Assembly (NCBI GenBank): GCA_965223845.1
Contig: CBDCXR010000004.1
Location: forward strand, 384,001 to 448,000
Origin: Planctomycetota bacterium
GTDB taxonomy: Bacteria > Planctomycetota > UBA8108 > SXIK01
Reading direction: 5' to 3'
Length of the DNA stretch: 64,000 nucleotides
Part shown: in pieces, positions 10,701 through 18,531 of the stretch
Layout: each line of letters starts with the position of its first letter
How positions within the stretch are numbered: position 1 is the stretch's first letter
Notes under the pieces: model-generated
Databases searched by the model: none
Told to the model about the DNA's origin: nothing
What the model saw: only the letters and a program-made list of their open reading frames with translations
Made by a program: the position numbers and the translations under genes

Positions 10701-12537
10701 GCGTCCGGGGTGGGATCCCGCGCATCCCGAACGGAACATGCCGGCCTCGCGCTTCATGGAGCTCATCAATATCGTCTCCCGCGCGGTGGTCGCCGAATCG
10801 GCGCGTTGGGGGGATCAGCATGCCTCGACGCCGTACACCCGGGACGAGCACTGGGCGCGCGAGCGGGACGATCTCCTCGCGAACTACTTTCCGCGGCGGT
10901 CGGCGATCGTGCTCAATCAATTCAAGAGCGCCGGGCTTTACCCGAACGTCGACCCGCCGATCTTCAGCCAGCACGGCGGTCTCATCGACCTCGGTTTCGA
11001 GCTCGCGGCACAATCGGAAGAAGGTTCGGTGTACTACACGATCGACGGCTCCGATCCGCGTCTCGTCGGCGGTGACGTGTCGCCGACCGCAGGCGAAGCG
11101 GGTGCGGTGGAACGAACCACGCTCGTCGACGTCGGAGACACCGTTCGTTATCACGTGCCGGCGAACGGCGCGCTCGGGATTTCCTGGACGAGCCGCACGT
11201 TCGCCGACGGCGGCTGGATGGTCGGGACGACGGGAGTGGGCTACGAGCGCTCGTCGGGATACGAAGACTTGATCTCGACGGACGTCGAGAGCGTTCTCTA
11301 CGACCAGAACACGACGATCTATCTCCGCATTCCGTTTCAGTTCTCGGGCGCCCGGCCGCCGCTTCTCAAGCTACTCATGAAGTACGACGACGGATTCATC
11401 GCGTATCTGAACGGTCAGGAGATCGCATCCGCCAATGTGCCCGACGATCCGGATTGGAGTTCGGGTGCGCCGTCGAGTCATTCCGATTCACTCGCGACCG
11501 TCTTTCAGGAGTTCGACGTCAGCGAGCACGCCGGGGCGCTAGTCGACGGCGAGAACGTCCTCGCGATCCACGCGATGAATCGGACGTCGACCAACGGTGA
11601 TTTCCTCATCGTCCCGCAGCTCGACGCGGCGGTTCCGCTCGAGGGTCAATCGATCGTCCTCGACGAGACGACGACGGTCCGGGCTCGGGTGCTCGCCGGC
11701 GAGACGTGGAGCGCACTCAACGAGGCCACGTTCGTTTACGCGCCGCTTCGCATCACGGAGGTGATGTACCACCCGGTGGATCCGGGGCCGGGATTCGACG
11801 ATGACGACATCGAGTTCGTCGAGGTGAAGAATATCGGCTCGGCGCCCGTCGATCTCGCCGGGGTGACGATCTCGGGGGGAATCGAGTTCGACTTCACGGA
11901 CGGAGACGTCGCGACGCTGCTCCCCGGTGACTTCGTGGTCGTCGTCAATAACTTCGAGGGTTTCGAAGCCGTGTACGATCCGGCCGGAATCCAGATCGCG
12001 GGGGAATTCGACGGCAATCTAGGGAACGACAGCGAAGTGCTCACTCTGAGCGCTCACGGATTTCCCGTGCTCGAATTCGCCTACTCGGACGCGTGGTACC
12101 CGGAGACCGACTCGGGAGGACATTCGCTCGTCATCGCGGATGCGGAGGCCGATCTCTCCGAGTGGAATGTCGCGGACGGCTGGGTCCCGAGCGCTGAGAT
12201 CGGCGGTTCGCCCGGCACGGAGGACGGGGATTTTGTCCCACGCGGCTGGCAGATCTCCGGCGACGCGAACCAGGACGGGAGCGTCGACATCGCCGACGCG
12301 CTCTCGATGCTTCGGCGTCTGTTCGGCGGTGGCGTCCTCGCGGCACTCCCGTGCGAAGACGGGGCCCTCCCGACGGAGGGCGCGAACGTAATTGTCTTCG
12401 ACGTGAACGAGGATGCAGGGTTCAATGTCGGAGACGCGGTCTTTCTGCTCAACTACTTGTTTGCCGAGGGGCCGCCACCCGGCGGTGGGTTGGGTTGCCA
12501 GCGTGTTGAAAACTGTGTGAGCGTGTGCCGGCCGTAG
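7711..12537 (+). CDS. Secreted lamin-tail / F-type lectin / CotH kinase / dockerin multidomain protein (paralog A2)
   Basis: ORF 7591..12537; start moved to GTG 7711 after AGGAG. Same domain order as A1; CotH-type motifs GNTDWPNKNY and FYMWDSE are present; dockerin-like GDANQDG and DVNED loops. Confidence 0.85.
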   Translation: MESSCSHVRVGLRVLGYSIAAVACLWRPLAAQSDVRITEFLAVNDGIVVDENDDASDFIEVHNAGVSAVDLDGWFLTDDPAVLLWQFPAVTLAPGDFLLVFASGKDRRNPDSELHTNFRLAGDGDYLAIAEPDGTIVHEFAPTFPTQREDVSYGIGQTVEATELVGERTAVRVLVPSGGGDGLDWTERVFDDASWRAGTTGVGYDTDDTIQPAPGESRNLAIEGLASQSSTLGGFVAGLGIDGDPGNFTHTAAGQNLPATWELDLQGTFPIASIVLHNRDGCCASRLRDITVFVLDESGNNTLYESDLLNPENELGGPDEITINLVEELGGGVNGGIVRVVRTPDPDLSGTGGAGNSDEPDVLSLGEVEVWEGASGYGRFIGTDVEAEMSGEHATAYLRIPFDVADPADFDLLTLRMRYDDGFVAYVNGMEVARRNAPDSPAWNSSASGSRSDSLAVVYETINVTSGIDALVAGTNILAIHGLNTSTGSSDFLIAPLLEGASLVGGGEVYFLEPTPGAPNDKPGFAGFVGDTTFSLDRGFYSTPFDVEITTSTEGASIRYTFDGTEPTPTRGFVYSGPITIDTTTNLRAIAYKSGLEPSNVDAQTYIFLDEIVVQDRQATLDRGFPSSWGSTSADYGMDPDVIGQNGTDRYGGKYTQTIRDDLLAVPTVSIAMDIDDMFGSGGIYTNSGSRGLSWERPCSFEIIYPDGRRGKQVNCGVRIQGGAFRSHGLTKKHSLRFLFKAIYGPTKLRHPFLKGGGAERFDTLTFRANSNDGWQWSGAGDKPLYVRDSLGREIMLAMGQPASHETFVHLFINGVYWGLYNPVERPDHSFSSIYVAGEKEEWDAISNGSATNGDKNAWNTLVSRARAGLSSNTAYFSLCGKDPDGTPNPALETFIDPVNFADYMITNLYLGNTDWPNKNYWMGRRRVDATGFKFYMWDSEWSLDLRSSVNENRLGVNVGIAEPWPFMRQNAEFRLLVADRLHKHFFNGGPLYVDPARPGWDPAHPERNMPASRFMELINIVSRAVVAESARWGDQHASTPYTRDEHWARERDDLLANYFPRRSAIVLNQFKSAGLYPNVDPPIFSQHGGLIDLGFELAAQSEEGSVYYTIDGSDPRLVGGDVSPTAGEAGAVERTTLVDVGDTVRYHVPANGALGISWTSRTFADGGWMVGTTGVGYERSSGYEDLISTDVESVLYDQNTTIYLRIPFQFSGARPPLLKLLMKYDDGFIAYLNGQEIASANVPDDPDWSSGAPSSHSDSLATVFQEFDVSEHAGALVDGENVLAIHAMNRTSTNGDFLIVPQLDAAVPLEGQSIVLDETTTVRARVLAGETWSALNEATFVYAPLRITEVMYHPVDPGPGFDDDDIEFVEVKNIGSAPVDLAGVTISGGIEFDFTDGDVATLLPGDFVVVVNNFEGFEAVYDPAGIQIAGEFDGNLGNDSEVLTLSAHGFPVLEFAYSDAWYPETDSGGHSLVIADAEADLSEWNVADGWVPSAEIGGSPGTEDGDFVPRGWQISGDANQDGSVDIADALSMLRRLFGGGVLAALPCEDGALPTEGANVIVFDVNEDAGFNVGDAVFLLNYLFAEGPPPGGGLGCQRVENCVSVCRP

Positions 12538-12632
12538 CTCTACGCGCAGCGGACGGACACCACGCCTGGGTCTTGAGTCGCGTATCGCGACATCGTCTCG
12601 AGTGTCGAGCTCGACGCTCGAAAGGAGGGTAC

Positions 12633-15554
12633 ATGAGCGTGCAACGTTGGAGTTTCGCTCTTTCGTTTGTAGTCGCGTTGGCCGCCTCGGTCGACGCCCA
12701 AGTGAATATCGGCGCGTTTGGAACGGCGACGCAGTCGTCCGATTTCGGTGGTGGTCAGTTTCCGGCCTCGCTCGGAATCGACGGGGACCTCGGGAACTTC
12801 ACGCACACCGCGGCGGGACAGTTCCCGGCGACGTGGCAGGTCGCGTTCGACGACGAGTTTGCGATCGAACAGATCGTGCTCCACAACCGAGACAACTGCT
12901 GCCAGTCGCGCCTTCGCGACGTCACCGTCTATATCCTGAACGAGCCGCTCGATGTCCTCGATCCGATCGCGATCGAAGAGATCGACGAGGATCTCATCGT
13001 GTTCGAATCGGATCTGCTCAACGAGCTGAACGAGGGCTTTGAGTACCCCGGCGGCCCCGAGACGCTCACTGTCGACGTCGCGGGCGAGAACGGCGGCGCC
13101 GCGAGCGGCGTGGCGGTCGTGGTTCAGCGGACAAACGATCCGTTCCTCGATGGCTCGGGAGGCCAGGGAAACGCCGACGAAGCCGACGTGCTCCAGCTCG
13201 GTGAGGTCGAAGTCTTCGCGACAGTTGACGATCTGCCGCCGCGGATCACCCTCCAGCCGGTGAGCGTGCGCGCCTCCGCCGGCGGCACGGCGACGTTTGT
13301 GGTCGAGGCGATCGGTTCCGATCCTCTCACCTACCAGTGGGAGAAGAACGAGGAAACTCTCGACGGCGCCACGGATCCCACGCTCATTCTCACCGACCTC
13401 ACGATGGAAGATTCCGGGGATTACTCCGTGATCGTCATGAACGAGGTCGGACAGGAGACGAGCGAGGTCGTCACGCTCACCGTGACTCCGCCGAACCTCG
13501 CCCTCTGCGGTGTCGCCTCGCAATCGACGGAAGGCTTTGGTGGGGCGCCGGGCCGAGCGATCGACGGCAACACGAGCGGCGTCTACCCTCAGGGATCTGT
13601 GACGCACACAGCGACCGGCGACCTCATGCCCTGGTGGGAAGTGTCCCTGATCGAGAATGCGACCATCGAAGAGATCGCGATCTGGAACCGCACCGATTGC
13701 TGCGTTGAGCGGCTCTCGAACTTCGCGGTCGTTCTCCTCAACGACGCGCGAGAGGAGGTGTGGAGTGACGAGTTCTTCACCGATGGGACGTTCCCGGACA
13801 CGACGATCGATCCGTTCATCGTCGAGGTCGACGGCGTCGAGGCACGCACCGTTCGTATCGAGAAGCTCGACGTTATCGCGGGGAGTGAGTGGCTCTCCCT
13901 CGCCGAGGTCGAAGTCTTCGGCGGCGAAGCGGCTTCGTGCGAAGTCCCGGAGGATCCCGATCTCACCGGGCGCCCCGGCGTGCTCGTCCGTCAGAGCTCG
14001 CAGCTCGGCGGGTTTATCGCCGAGAACGCGATCGACGACAACTTCGGCAACTTTACGCACACGCAGGCCGGTGTCGGTCTGCCGGCGACCTGGGAGATCG
14101 ATCTCCTCGAGAACTTCGACATCGCTGAAATCATCCTCTACAACCGAACGAGCTGCTGCGGTTCGCGTCTCCGCGATATCACCGTGTTCATTCTCGATTC
14201 GTGGGAAGACGATGCGCAGGTTCTCTGGGAGAGTGAACTGCTCAATCCAGAGAACGAGCTCGGCGAGTTTCCGACCGGTCCCGCGGAGCTGCGGCTCGAC
14301 ATCGTCGAGCTGAACGGCAGCCCGGTGAGCGGACGCGTCGTGCGCGTCGTGCGCGAGCCGGACGACGACCTTTCGGGAAGCGACGGCCAGGGAAACAATG
14401 ACGAAGCGACCGTCCTTCAGCTCGGTGAGGTCGAGATCTTCGAGCTTCCGGACTGTCCGGATGCGGGGAGCGCCGATGACGGCGACACCCACTGCTCGAA
14501 TCTCGCGATCGCGGGTCCGGATGACGAGGGTCCCGGTGACTACACGGTCACCGCGGATGGCGCCGACGACACCGACGATCTCGTCCAGTACACCTTCACG
14601 GCCGTGAATCAGGCGAGTGGGACGACTCTGACCGTCGGTCCGCAGGGAGTCGGTTCCGCCGTGTTCGCGCTCACGCTCGGCACGTGGGACATCTCGGCCG
14701 AGGTCGACGACGATCTCCGTTGTCCGGATGCCGCGGACGACATGGCGTGCGCGACCCAGACAGTCGAGGTGATCGATCCGACCTGTGTCGAAGGTGAGGC
14801 GTGCAACGTCGCCCCGAAGGGCGTGGCGGGTCAGTCGACGACCGGATTCGGCGGCACGGCGGATCGAGCGATCGACGGCAATACGGACGGGACCTACAAC
14901 AACGGCTCCGTCACCCACACGGCCGGGGACGATCCCGAGCCGACGTGGGAAGTCATCCTCGACCAGTCCTACGACGTCGAGCGCATCGTCCTTTGGAATC
15001 GGGTCGACTGCTGCAGTGCGCGGCTCACGAACTTCACGGTCGCGCTTCTCGACGCCGAGGACGACGAAACTTGGAGCGACGAGTTCTTCACCGACGGCTT
15101 CGAGTTCCCGGACACGGCGGTCGACGGCTTCGAGATCGAGGTCGGAGCGATCGGAACGAGGGTGCGGATTCAGCTCCTCAGCGATCACGCCGGATTCGAT
15201 CCCGCGCAGTTCTTCCTCTCGCTTGCCGAGGTTCAGGTCTACGGCCTTCCGGCGGGCGATCCCCCGGGAGACGAGATCCGCTACGGCGACACCAACAACG
15301 ACGGTGGAGTGAACATCGCGGATGCGATCTTCATGCTGAACAACAAGTTCGGCGACGGCGGCGACCCCAGTTGTGTGGAGACGGCCGACGTCAATGCCGA
15401 CAACAGCTACAACATCGCGGACGCGATCTTCTTGCTGAACCGCCTGTTCGGCGACGGTCCGCCTCCAATCGACGGCGCTGGCCCGGACGGGGATCAGTGT
15501 ACGGCGCTGAATCCGGAGGGTTCGCTCGGGTGTGCGCTCTACGATAAGTGTTGA
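12633..15554 (+). CDS. Secreted protein with four F-type lectin domains, an Ig domain, a Cys-rich acidic domain and a dockerin-like tail (paralog B2)
   Basis: RBS AAGGAGG before ATG 12633; signal peptide MSVQRWSFALSFVVALAASVDA; four NRxxCCxxRL repeats; Ig motif YQWEKN..DSGDYSVIV; GDTNNDG and DVNAD loops. Confidence 0.85.
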   Translation: MSVQRWSFALSFVVALAASVDAQVNIGAFGTATQSSDFGGGQFPASLGIDGDLGNFTHTAAGQFPATWQVAFDDEFAIEQIVLHNRDNCCQSRLRDVTVYILNEPLDVLDPIAIEEIDEDLIVFESDLLNELNEGFEYPGGPETLTVDVAGENGGAASGVAVVVQRTNDPFLDGSGGQGNADEADVLQLGEVEVFATVDDLPPRITLQPVSVRASAGGTATFVVEAIGSDPLTYQWEKNEETLDGATDPTLILTDLTMEDSGDYSVIVMNEVGQETSEVVTLTVTPPNLALCGVASQSTEGFGGAPGRAIDGNTSGVYPQGSVTHTATGDLMPWWEVSLIENATIEEIAIWNRTDCCVERLSNFAVVLLNDAREEVWSDEFFTDGTFPDTTIDPFIVEVDGVEARTVRIEKLDVIAGSEWLSLAEVEVFGGEAASCEVPEDPDLTGRPGVLVRQSSQLGGFIAENAIDDNFGNFTHTQAGVGLPATWEIDLLENFDIAEIILYNRTSCCGSRLRDITVFILDSWEDDAQVLWESELLNPENELGEFPTGPAELRLDIVELNGSPVSGRVVRVVREPDDDLSGSDGQGNNDEATVLQLGEVEIFELPDCPDAGSADDGDTHCSNLAIAGPDDEGPGDYTVTADGADDTDDLVQYTFTAVNQASGTTLTVGPQGVGSAVFALTLGTWDISAEVDDDLRCPDAADDMACATQTVEVIDPTCVEGEACNVAPKGVAGQSTTGFGGTADRAIDGNTDGTYNNGSVTHTAGDDPEPTWEVILDQSYDVERIVLWNRVDCCSARLTNFTVALLDAEDDETWSDEFFTDGFEFPDTAVDGFEIEVGAIGTRVRIQLLSDHAGFDPAQFFLSLAEVQVYGLPAGDPPGDEIRYGDTNNDGGVNIADAIFMLNNKFGDGGDPSCVETADVNADNSYNIADAIFLLNRLFGDGPPPIDGAGPDGDQCTALNPEGSLGCALYDKC

Positions 15555-15583
15555 TGCCTAGGCGTTGATGCCGCGTTGAGCGG

Positions 15584-15628
15584 AAGGGGCCGCCCTGCTT
15601 TTACGAGCGGGGCGGCCTTTTTTATTTT
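15584..15628 (+). terminator. Rho-independent terminator closing the secreted-protein array
   Basis: Stem GGGGCCGCCCTGCT / AGCGGGGCGGCCTT with a 6-nt loop, followed by a T-rich tail, ~30 nt after the stop at 15554. Confidence 0.8.
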
Positions 15629-15643
15629 GGACGTGGAGTTTTA

Positions 15644-15760
15644 CACGAAGGGCGCGAAGGTTCGCGAAGGCGGACGAAGGGGGAGGGAGAGGGGGAGGGG
15701 GAGAGGGGAGAAGAGGGAATAGAGATGAGAAGAGGGGAGAGAGAGAGAGAGGAAGATGGG
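15644..15760 (+). repeat. (C[A/G]CGAAG)n short tandem motif followed by a polypurine tract, copy 1
   Basis: CACGAAGGG CGCGAAGGTT CGCGAAGG, then ~80 nt of almost only G/A; a related copy lies on the minus strand at 60701..60781. Confidence 0.6.
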
Positions 15761-15848
15761 GTGAGGTTGTGCTGCTGTATTGCGGAGTTTGGCCGGTCGC
15801 CGTAGCCTTTCATTATCTCTGTTTGCGATCGGAAGCGGGGGGTGAGGT

Positions 15849-16994
15849 ATGGTCTTGGCTCGGTGGCTTTGGGCGCTCGGTTTGTTGGTCGTTTTGGTTC
15901 TCGTGCCGATCGATGCGGCAGCTGAGGAGCCGAGAGACGATCCGCAGTACGCGTTCGGGGAGTTTTCTGTTCCTCGTCCGAGTGCGGGGGAGTCGGTGCG
16001 GTCTTCGGTTGACGTGTCCGCGGCGCTCTCCTATCTCGAAGGCGGGGCGCTTGCCTGGTCGAAGAACCGTGGTTGTGTGAGCTGTCACACGAACGGGACG
16101 TATCTCGCTGAGCGTCCGTCTCTCGGCGCGCGGTTCGGGGCGGTGAGCAGCGAGATCCGCCGGTTTTTTGTTTCGGAGCTCGACGAGCTGAAGGGCGCGG
16201 AGCGCACGAAGCAGCGCGGTGGCGTCACGCCGACGCAGATCACTTACATCGCGCGGGGACTTGCCGAGTGGGACGCGCACGTCGCGGGAAAGTTGTCGCC
16301 CGAGACGAGCTCCGCGCTCGAGCTCATGTTTGAGATTCAACTCGAAAGCGGTGCGTGGGGGAACGTCGACTGTTGGCCGCCGTTCGAATCCGACGAGTAC
16401 CACGGCGCCGTCGTCGGTGCGATGGCCGCCGTCACCGCTCCCGGTTGGCTGAAGGAGCGCGCCGCCGAGACGTCGCGTACCAAGTTTCGTAAGACGGTCG
16501 AGTATCTCCAGCGTGAGACGCCGCCTCACGATTACGCGCGCGTTTGGCTTCTTCGCGCCGCGTCGCGCATTCCGGAGCTCCTCTCGCGGGAGAGGAAGTC
16601 GGCGATCGTCGCGATGATCATGAAGAAACAGCGACCTGACGGCGGGTGGGCGCTTCGCAGTTTCGCTGCGCCAGAGGCGTGGGGCCGCGGGAATCGAGCG
16701 GTGAAGCTCCGCGGCGAGAGAGAGTTCTCCGACCCGCCGAGCGATGGCCATCAGACGGGAGTCGTCGTTCTTGCGCTGCTCGAATCCGGACTGCCGGCGA
16801 GCGACGCACGGATTGCCCGGGGCGTCGCGTGGCTGAAGCGAACTCAGCGCGAATCCGGGCGCTGGTGGACGCGTTCTCTGAACACGGACAAGCAGCACTA
16901 CATCACGTACAGCGGCACCATGTTTCCGCTCCTCGCGCTGGCGAAGGCGGGGGCGCTCGAGCGGATCTCGCAGAAAAAAAAGGCCGCAGACTGA
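15849..16994 (+). CDS. Prenyltransferase/squalene-hopene-cyclase-repeat protein, short secreted type with CxxCH motif
   Basis: Signal peptide; CVSCHT; QW-type repeats QLESGAW, QRPDGGW, QRESGRW; no DXDD motif seen. Confidence 0.75.
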   Translation: MVLARWLWALGLLVVLVLVPIDAAAEEPRDDPQYAFGEFSVPRPSAGESVRSSVDVSAALSYLEGGALAWSKNRGCVSCHTNGTYLAERPSLGARFGAVSSEIRRFFVSELDELKGAERTKQRGGVTPTQITYIARGLAEWDAHVAGKLSPETSSALELMFEIQLESGAWGNVDCWPPFESDEYHGAVVGAMAAVTAPGWLKERAAETSRTKFRKTVEYLQRETPPHDYARVWLLRAASRIPELLSRERKSAIVAMIMKKQRPDGGWALRSFAAPEAWGRGNRAVKLRGEREFSDPPSDGHQTGVVVLALLESGLPASDARIARGVAWLKRTQRESGRWWTRSLNTDKQHYITYSGTMFPLLALAKAGALERISQKKKAAD

Positions 16995-17050
16995 CGATTC
17001 GCGCGGTTCCTCGAGGCCGCCCTCTGCGCGGGCGCTGAGCTTCTCGAGCG

Positions 17051-18514
17051 TCAGGCGACGACTTCGTTCAGCACCCGCCCTCCGGTGTCCGTCAGCCGCC
17101 GCAGCCGTCCGGCGTGCAGGTAGCGCAGCTTCTCGTCCTCTAGCCCCATGAGGTGAAGAATCGTCGCGTGAACGTCGCGCACGTGAATCGGGTTTCCCAC
17201 GGACCGCAGGCTGAAGTCGTCGGTCGCACCGGCCGTCGCACCGCCCTTCACTCCGCCGCCGGCGAGCCACATCGCGAGTGCGTAGGAGTTGTGCTCGCGT
17301 CCGGGGTTGTTCCCGAGTCCGCCGTTTCGAAACGGCGTCCGTCCCATCTCCGACGCCCACACGACGAGCGTATCGTCGAAGAGTCCGCGCTGCTTGAGGT
17401 CCGCGAGGAGACCCGCAATCGGACGGTCGACCTCGCGGCAGTGTTTGATCATTCCGCCCTTTACGTTCCCGTGGTCGTCCCAGCTGTCGCCGGTGATCTG
17501 GACGCCGTGGATGAGGAGCGTGTAGCGAACACCGCGCTCGACGAGACGGCGCGCGAGAAGGCACTGGCGCCCGAATCCAGCCGTCGCCGAGTCGTCGAGT
17601 CCGTACAGCTCGCGGACGTCCGCCGGCTCGGACGAAATGTCGACGATCTCCGGTGCTTCCGTCTGCATGCGGAACGCGAGCTCGAACGCGCTGATTCTCG
17701 CTTCGAGCTCGTGTGCGCCGGGTCGATCGGAGAGATGCCTTCGGTTGAGCCACTCGAGTAAGTCGAACTCGCGTCGCTGCTCGGCACGAGTGAGGCCTGG
17801 GGGTGGCTCGAGATTGAGGATCGGCGTTCCGGTCGGGCGGAGTAGCGTTCCCTGGTAGGCCGCCGGAAGATAGCCGTTCGCCCAGACGGCGGCACCGTTC
17901 ACCGGGGCGCCGCGCGGATCCTGGATGACGACGTATCCCGGCATGTTGCGGTTCTCGCTCCCGAGTCCGTACGTGACCCACGAGCCGACGGACGGACTCC
18001 CGGGGAACTGGCTCCCCGTCGTCACGTGGAGCGTCGACGGGCCGTGGTTTTGATTGTCGGTCTTGATGCCGTGAATGAAGGCGAGGTCGTCGACGTGACG
18101 GGCGAGGTGCGGAACGAGCTCGGAGAGATAGCGGCCGGATTCCCCGTGACGCGCGAACTCGAACGGGCTGCCGATGCAGGCGTGCGGGAAGCGGAGACGT
18201 CCCTCGAGCTCTCCGGAGACCCCGAGGTCGCGCGGCAGCGGCTTTCCGTGGAGACGCCGGAGCGCTGGCTTGTGCTCGAAAACGTCCATCTGGCTGACGC
18301 CGCCCTGCATGAAGAGAAAGATGCAGTGCTTCGCTCCGGCGGATCCGTGAGTGACGCGAGCCGCGAGCGGGTCGACGGATTCGGCGCCGGCCTCGTCGGC
18401 GAGCATCGCGCCGAGTGCGAGCGCGCCAACTCCGTTCCAGGAACGATGCAGAAACTCCCGCCTCGACTCGTAGGCGCTGAAGGCGCGGAGGGGGCGATCA
18501 TGGGGCGTCGTCAT
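17051..18514 (-). CDS. DUF1501 family protein
   Basis: SRREFL twin-arginine-like N-terminus; AKHCIFLFMQGGVSQMD, CLLARRLVERGV, WDDH, EMGRTP, HVRDVHATILHLMG; directly downstream of DUF1553. Start set at ATG 18514. Confidence 0.9.
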   Translation of the reverse strand: MTTPHDRPLRAFSAYESRREFLHRSWNGVGALALGAMLADEAGAESVDPLAARVTHGSAGAKHCIFLFMQGGVSQMDVFEHKPALRRLHGKPLPRDLGVSGELEGRLRFPHACIGSPFEFARHGESGRYLSELVPHLARHVDDLAFIHGIKTDNQNHGPSTLHVTTGSQFPGSPSVGSWVTYGLGSENRNMPGYVVIQDPRGAPVNGAAVWANGYLPAAYQGTLLRPTGTPILNLEPPPGLTRAEQRREFDLLEWLNRRHLSDRPGAHELEARISAFELAFRMQTEAPEIVDISSEPADVRELYGLDDSATAGFGRQCLLARRLVERGVRYTLLIHGVQITGDSWDDHGNVKGGMIKHCREVDRPIAGLLADLKQRGLFDDTLVVWASEMGRTPFRNGGLGNNPGREHNSYALAMWLAGGGVKGGATAGATDDFSLRSVGNPIHVRDVHATILHLMGLEDEKLRYLHAGRLRRLTDTGGRVLNEVVA

Positions 18515-18531
18515 GGCGTCGTTCGGTCGAT

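Noticed and set aside
681-15554. CRISPR-like or DGR-like interpretation of recurring DNA segments
   Set aside because: The repeats are in-frame paralogous lectin domains diverged at synonymous sites; no constant repeat-spacer period, reverse transcriptase or cas genes.
15760-16180. Locally T-enriched sequence just after the polypurine tract
   Set aside because: The reading frame stays intact; this could be a base-calling artefact or signal-peptide bias and cannot be resolved without reads.
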